From Macrostomum lignano (Eukaryota): a stretch of 64,000 nucleotides of DNA. The notes beneath the pieces are model-generated. The model saw nothing but the letters and a program-made list of their open reading frames with translations. It ran no database searches and was not told the DNA's origin. Shown here piece after piece: positions 58,601 to 64,000 of this stretch (its first letter is position 1; each line of letters starts with the position of its first letter). The DNA is taken from positions 1 through 64,000 of the forward strand of contig NIVC01002712.1 of assembly GCA_002269645.1 (NCBI GenBank). Reading direction: 5' to 3'. The translations under genes and the position numbers were made by a program.

Positions 58601-61600
58601 GGTGGGTGCTCATCACGTGATTCAATTGTCTGCGGATTGGTTGACGGTTCACTCACGGTTTGCAGTCTTTGAATAAATATTTATAACAAATTGGAAGTGT
58701 GGGTACTCTTAGCTGCATTTATGGCTGGGGATCTCAGATTCGGAACTTGGGATTAGAATTATGGATTTGGAATTCGGGATTCGTATAGGGGATCTCAAAT
58801 TTGGGATTCGAATAGGGGATCTGGGGTTTTGAATTCGAATATGGGGATCTGAGATTTGGGATTCGAATAGGTGGATCTGAGATTTCAAATTTAGATAAGG
58901 GATCTGGGATTTCGGATTCGAATAGGAGATCTGAGATTTCGGATTTGGATAGGGGATCTGGAATTCGCGATTCGAATAAGGGAAACTGAAATTTGCGATT
59001 CGAATAAGGGGATCTGGGATTTGGGATTTGAATAAGGGGATCTGAGATATATTTGCGATTCGAAAAGGGGGATCTGAGATTTGGGATTTGAATAAGGGGA
59101 TCTGAGCGATTTGAAAAAGGGGATCTGGGATTTGCAATTCGAGGCTTGGGGATTTAAGGTGGGGATCTGAGATTTTAAAATAGGATCTGGGTTTAAATTA
59201 GAAATTTGGAATGGAAATCATGAGTCTGGGTAACTTTTTGGGATGGGATATGATACTACCAAAGAATCAGTGCAGTTAAAACAGCAACAAACCTAATAAA
59301 GACACTAAGAGGGCTCATCTGATCAGTGGCCTGCAGAGGCAGCCGGGACATGCCGGAACAGCCTTGGAACGAGCATTTAATCGAAATAAACTTAGGCAGG
59401 CAGTATTTAGCGCAGAATTTCAATTGATCAATAGTCAGATATTCTCGGTTGTTTCTCAAGAAACTGTATTTGCCAGTCTCGGAGAGCAGAATCGGTATAG
59501 GCAGTAGCAGGTGCAGCCTGTCACTGGACTGCCAATGATCAGCCGCCTGCTCAATCGAGTTGGCCAGTTCGCAGCAATCCAAACAGAAATAGACGGCATC
59601 AACTACTAGGGCTGGCTGGTCTGCAATCAGGACTAATCGAATTTTATCAGCAAATATTCTGCGATGCGAGTTAAGCTCGGGTTCGATTGGCTCAGCTTGA
59701 GAAACAATTCGCGACTCGTCAGTTGTTGTTGAGTGCTCAGTTTTGACAGCCATGGGATAAGATATGAATGAGCTCAGGTTGAAGTGGGTATCACGCCTGT
59801 CTGGAAAGCACATCACAATGTCATCTTCGGTGTCTTCATATTCGGCTTGCTGCACCACCGGCTGCTCCGGTTCGCTTGCGTCTTCCCCGCTATTGACGTA
59901 CATCGTGCCTTCAAGTTCCTCATCATCTTGATCATCTTCGCCATCATCGTCCATTTGTTGATTGTCGTCAACAGATTCGCTATGCTGTTGAGGAGACGAT
60001 GCCAAAGTGTTGCTACGCCAAGCAATAAAGTCTGACGGCAGTGAGAGATAATTAACCTGGACTGTGGCTGACTGCCGATTGCCGAGTCTGAGGCACTGTA
60101 CAGGAAGGGGAGAATTATTAATTCATTTTTGTAAATCTCCAGCATTATCACAGTAGTTTATTTTATATCAATCCCCGATTACGAATATTGATCCCAGATC
60201 CCGAATCCTGATTCAGATTCCGAATATTGATCCCAGATCCCGAATCTTGATCCTGTATCAAAAATCTTGATCCCAGATCCCGAATCATCATCTTAGATCC
60301 CAGAACTCAACACATCACACAAACCTCAAAATTGATCAATCAGATACGCAAGCTCACCGATTGAAAGTCCAACTGCCTCAGCGACTCGAACTGTGCATTG
60401 GCAGTCAAATACACGAACTGCATTTGCCTGAGGACCTGATTAAACTCCAGTTCCAGCGTGCCACTGGCGGTCAGTCGATGCTCTTCTTGGCACACAGGCG
60501 AGTTTGTCTCCTCCGAGGTGAATTCTTTTTCAACTGAGAAATCCGACGAACTCCGGCTAGCACTACTCGAGCTTGGGCAGTGCCTCTTATCTGGCAGCTC
60601 CGGATGAGCAGCACTGCCGCTAGGCCGCTTCAAACTTTTTGCACACCTTTTGGAAGTCAAGTTCGATTGCTGTAGAGGCTGGGCGATGTCTGATTCTGGC
60701 TCCATCGGTTCGATTCCCGGCCTGACTAAAGTGCCGCTGCAATCATTTAATCTTGACGCAGTGGATGGCGCCGTAGCCGCAGCAGATGGCGCCGTCGCAG
60801 ATAGCGCCGTAGCGGATGGCGCCGAAACAGATGACGCCGTAGCAGATGGTGCCTTAGCTGCAGCAGGTGGCGCCGTAACAGATGGCGCCTTAGCTACAGC
60901 AGGTGGCGCCGTAGCAGGTGGCGCCGTAACAGATGGCGCCGTAGCACATGGCGCCTTATGTGCGGCAGATGGCGTCGTAACAGAAGGCGCCGAAACAGAT
61001 GGCGCCTTAGCTGCAGCCGATGGCACCTTAGCTGCAGCAGATGGCGCCTTAGCTGCAACAGATGGCGTCGCAGCAGATGGTGTCGTAACAAAAGGCGCCG
61101 TAGCACATGGCGCCTTATGTGCAGCAGATGGCGTCGTAACAGAAGGCGCCGAAACAGATGGCGCCTTAGCTGCAGCCGATGGCGCCTTAGCTGCAACAGA
61201 TGGCGCCTTAGCTGCAACAGATGGCGTCGCAGCAGATGGTGTCGTAACAGAAGGCGCCGTAACAGATGGCGCCTTAGCTGCAGCAGATGGCGCCACGGCA
61301 GATGGCGCCGCAGCAGATGGCGCCTTTGCTGCAGCCGATGGCACCTTAGCTGCAGCAGATGGCGCCTTAGCTGCAACAGATGGCGTCGCAGCAGATGGTG
61401 TCGTAACAGAAGGCGCCGTAGCACATGGCGCCTTATGTGCAGCAGATGGCGTCGTAACAGAAGGCGCCGAAACAGATGGCGCCTTAGCTGCAGCCGATGG
61501 CGCCTTAGCTGCAACAGATGGCGCCTTAGCTGCAACAGATGGCGTCGCAGCAGATGGTGTCGTAACAGAAGGCGCCGTAACAGATGGCGCCTTAGCTGCA

Positions 61601-63999
61601 GCAGATGGCGCCACGGCAGATGGCGCCGCAGCAGATGGCGCGTTAGCTGCAGCAGATGGCGCCGTAACAGATGGCGCCGCAGCAGATGGCGCCTTAGCTG
61701 CAGCCGATGGCGCCTTAGCTGCAGCAGATGGCGCCACGGCAGATGGCGCCGGAGCAGATGGCACCGCAGCAGATGGCGCCTTAGCTGCAGCAGATGGCGC
61801 CGGAGCAGATGGCACCGCAGCAGATGGCGCCTTAGCTGCAGAAGATAGCACCGCAGCAGATGGCGCCATAACAGATGGCGCCGCAGATGGCGCCGCAGCA
61901 GATGGCGCCGTACCACATAGCTTCGTACTACATGGCGTCGTAGCAGATGGCGCCTTAGCTGCAGCAGATGGCGCCGCAGTATATGGCGCCGCAGCAGATG
62001 GCGCTGCAGCAGATGGCGCCGTAGCAGATGGCACCGAAGCAGATGGCGTCGTAACAGATGGCGCCTTAGCTGCAGCAGATGGCGCCTTAGCTGCAGCAGA
62101 TGGCGCCTTAGCTGCAGCAGATGGCGCCTTAGCTGCAGCAGATGGCGCCTTAGCTGCAGCAGATGGCGCCGTAGCAGATGGCGCCGCAGCAGATGGCGCC
62201 GCAGCAGATGGCGCTGCAGCAAATGGCGTCGTAACAGAAGGCGTTGTAACAGATGGCGCCTTAGCTGCAGCAGATGGCGCCGCAGTATATGGCGCCGCAG
62301 CAGATGGCGCTGCAGCAGATGGCGCCGTAGCAGATGGCACCGAAGCAGATGGCGTCGTAACAGATGGCGCCTTAGCTGCAGCAGATGGCGCCTTAGCTGC
62401 AGCAGATGGCGCCTTAGCTGCAGCAGATGGCGCCGCAGCAGATGGCGCTGCAGCAGATGGCGCCGTAGCAGATGGCACCGAAGCAGATGGCGTCGTAACA
62501 GATGGCGCCTTAGCTGCAGCAGATGGCGCCTTAGCTGCAGCAGATGGCGCCTTAGCTGCAGCAGATGGCGCCTTAGCTGCAGCAGATGGCGCCGCATTAG
62601 ATGGCGCCGCAGCAGATGACGCCTTAGCTGCAGCAGATGGCGCCGTAGCAGATGGCGCCTTAGCTGCAACAGATGGCGCCGCAGGAGATGGCGCCGTAGC
62701 AGATGGCGCCGTACCAGATGGCATCGTAACAGAAGGCGCCGTAACAGAAGGCGCCGTAACAGATGGTGCCTTAGCTTCAGCAGATGGCGCCTTAGCTGCA
62801 GCAGATGGCTCCGCAGCAGATGGCGCCTTAGCTGCAGCAGATGGCGCCGCAGCAGATGGCACCGCAGCAGGTGGCGCCGTAACAGATGGCGCCGCAGCAG
62901 ATGGCGCCGTAACAGATGGCTCTTTAGCTGCAGCAGGTGGCGCCGTAGCAGGTGGCGCCGTAACAGATGGCGCCGTACCACATAGCTTTGTACTACATGG
63001 CGTCGTAGCAGATGGCGCCTTAGCTGCAGCAGGTGGCGCCGTAGCAGGTGGCGCCGTACCACATAGCTTCGTACAACATGGCGTCGTAGCAGATGGCGCC
63101 TTAGCTGCAGCAGATGGCGCCGCAGCATATGGCGCCGCAGCAGATGGCGCTGCAGCAGATGGCGCCGTACCAGATGGCGCCGCAGCAGATGGCGTTGTAA
63201 CAGATGGCGCCTTAGCTGAAGCAGATGGCGCCGCAGCAGATGGCGCCGCAGCAGATGGCGCCTTAGCTGCAGCAGATGGCGCCTTAGCTGCAGCAGATGG
63301 CACCGCAGCAGATGGCGCCGCAGCAGATGGCGCCTTAGCTGCAGCAGATAACACCGCAGCAGATGGCGCCGCAGCAGATGGCGCCGTAACAGATGGCGCC
63401 GTACCACATAGCTTCGTACTACATGGCGTCGTAGCAGATGGCGCCTTAGCTGCAGCAGGTGGCGCCGTAACAGATGGCGCCGTACCACATAGCTTCGTAC
63501 TACATGGCGTCGTAGCAGATGGCGCCTTAGCTGCAGCAGATGGCGCCGCAGCATATGGCGCCGCAGCAGATGGCGTTGTAACAGATGGCGCCGTACCAGA
63601 TGGCGCCGCAGCAGATGGCGTTGTAACAGATGGCGCCTTAGCTGAAGCAGATGGCGCCGCAGCAGATGGCGCCTTAGCTGCAGCAGATGGCGCCGTAGCA
63701 GATGGCGCCTTAGCTGCAGCAGATGGCGCCGCAGCAGATGGCACCGTAGCAGATGGCGCCTTAGCTGCAGCAGATGGCGCCGCAGCAGATGGCGCCGCAG
63801 CAGATGGCGCCTTAGCTGCAGCAGATGGCACCGCAGCAGATGGCGCCTTAGCTGCAGCAGATGGCGCCGTAGCAGATGGCGCCTTAGCTGCAGCAGATGG
63901 CGCCGCAGCAGATGGCACCGCAGCAGATGGCGCCGCAGCAGATGGCACCGCAGCAGATGGCGCCGCAGCAGATGGCGCCTTAGCTGCAGCAGATGGCGC
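55652..63999 (-). CDS. Zinc-finger protein with giant Pro/Ala/Ser/Thr repeat region (5' end outside window)
   Basis: Phase-consistent exons >63999-60358, 60095-59293, 58629-58254, 57091-56781, 55832-55652. C2H2-like motifs YFCLDCC..ADHW..H, FRCALC..KHTIKSH, LTCLLC..LHHVRLRH; acidic stretch. The terminal exon frame is the least certain. Confidence 0.7.
55988..56765. repeat. 18/21-bp minisatellite
   Basis: CAGCCCCCTATTCACTCT and CAGCCTCATCATATTCACTCT. Confidence 0.95.
57228..58245. repeat. 7-bp repeat (GGGATCT/AGGATCT) with a 438-bp internal duplication
   Basis: The variant block beginning GGATAGAGGA occurs at 57491 and 57929. Confidence 0.95.
58720..59215. repeat. Degenerate ~27-bp repeat
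   Basis: GGGATCTGAGATTTGGGATTCGAATA core; a reverse-complement-like short array lies at 60170-60305. Confidence 0.8.
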
Positions 64000-64000
64000 C
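60760..64000 (-). repeat. Coding minisatellite (15/21/30-bp units) encoding PSAAA / APSAAAK / TPCSTKLCGT
   Basis: GCAGATGGCGCC core on + strand; length variants I saw are multiples of 3. Confidence 0.95.

Noticed and set aside
60894-63554. 886-aa RRHLL ORF as a separate gene
   Set aside because: The frame is open automatically because the repeat unit has no stop; it has no start context or unique domain. The + strand 60958-61848 ORF is rejected for the same reason.

Overview
Eukaryotic (metazoan) genomic DNA. GC-rich exons, GT-AG introns and extreme minisatellite content suggest a flatworm such as Macrostomum (inference). No prokaryotic systems or CRISPR arrays are present. Positions 1-11 kb are a nested transposon graveyard: a + strand Ty3/Gypsy element (gag-PR-RT-RH-IN, PPT, 145-bp 3' LTR), the 5' LTR and tRNA-Gln PBS of a second, - strand LTR element, an interrupted third gag with three CCHC knuckles, and a degenerate Helitron Rep N-terminus with a B-box and an intron. 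From 14.6 to 64 kb lies a run of genes all on the - strand, reconstructed by hand with phase-consistent splice sites: a CCDC175-like gene, an intronless double C-type lectin with MUC1-like repeats, a small unknown ORF, CPLANE2/RSG1, FOCAD, DYNLT1, ACBD5/4, and a C2H2-type zinc-finger gene with a >1200-codon Pro/Ala/Ser repeat exon. Almost every long intron and intergenic gap is filled by its own private tandem array. One 51-bp array amplifies an exon end together with its 5' splice site. Most long ORFs in the supplied track are repeat artefacts. Exon boundaries come from manual reading, and repeat boundaries are approximate.
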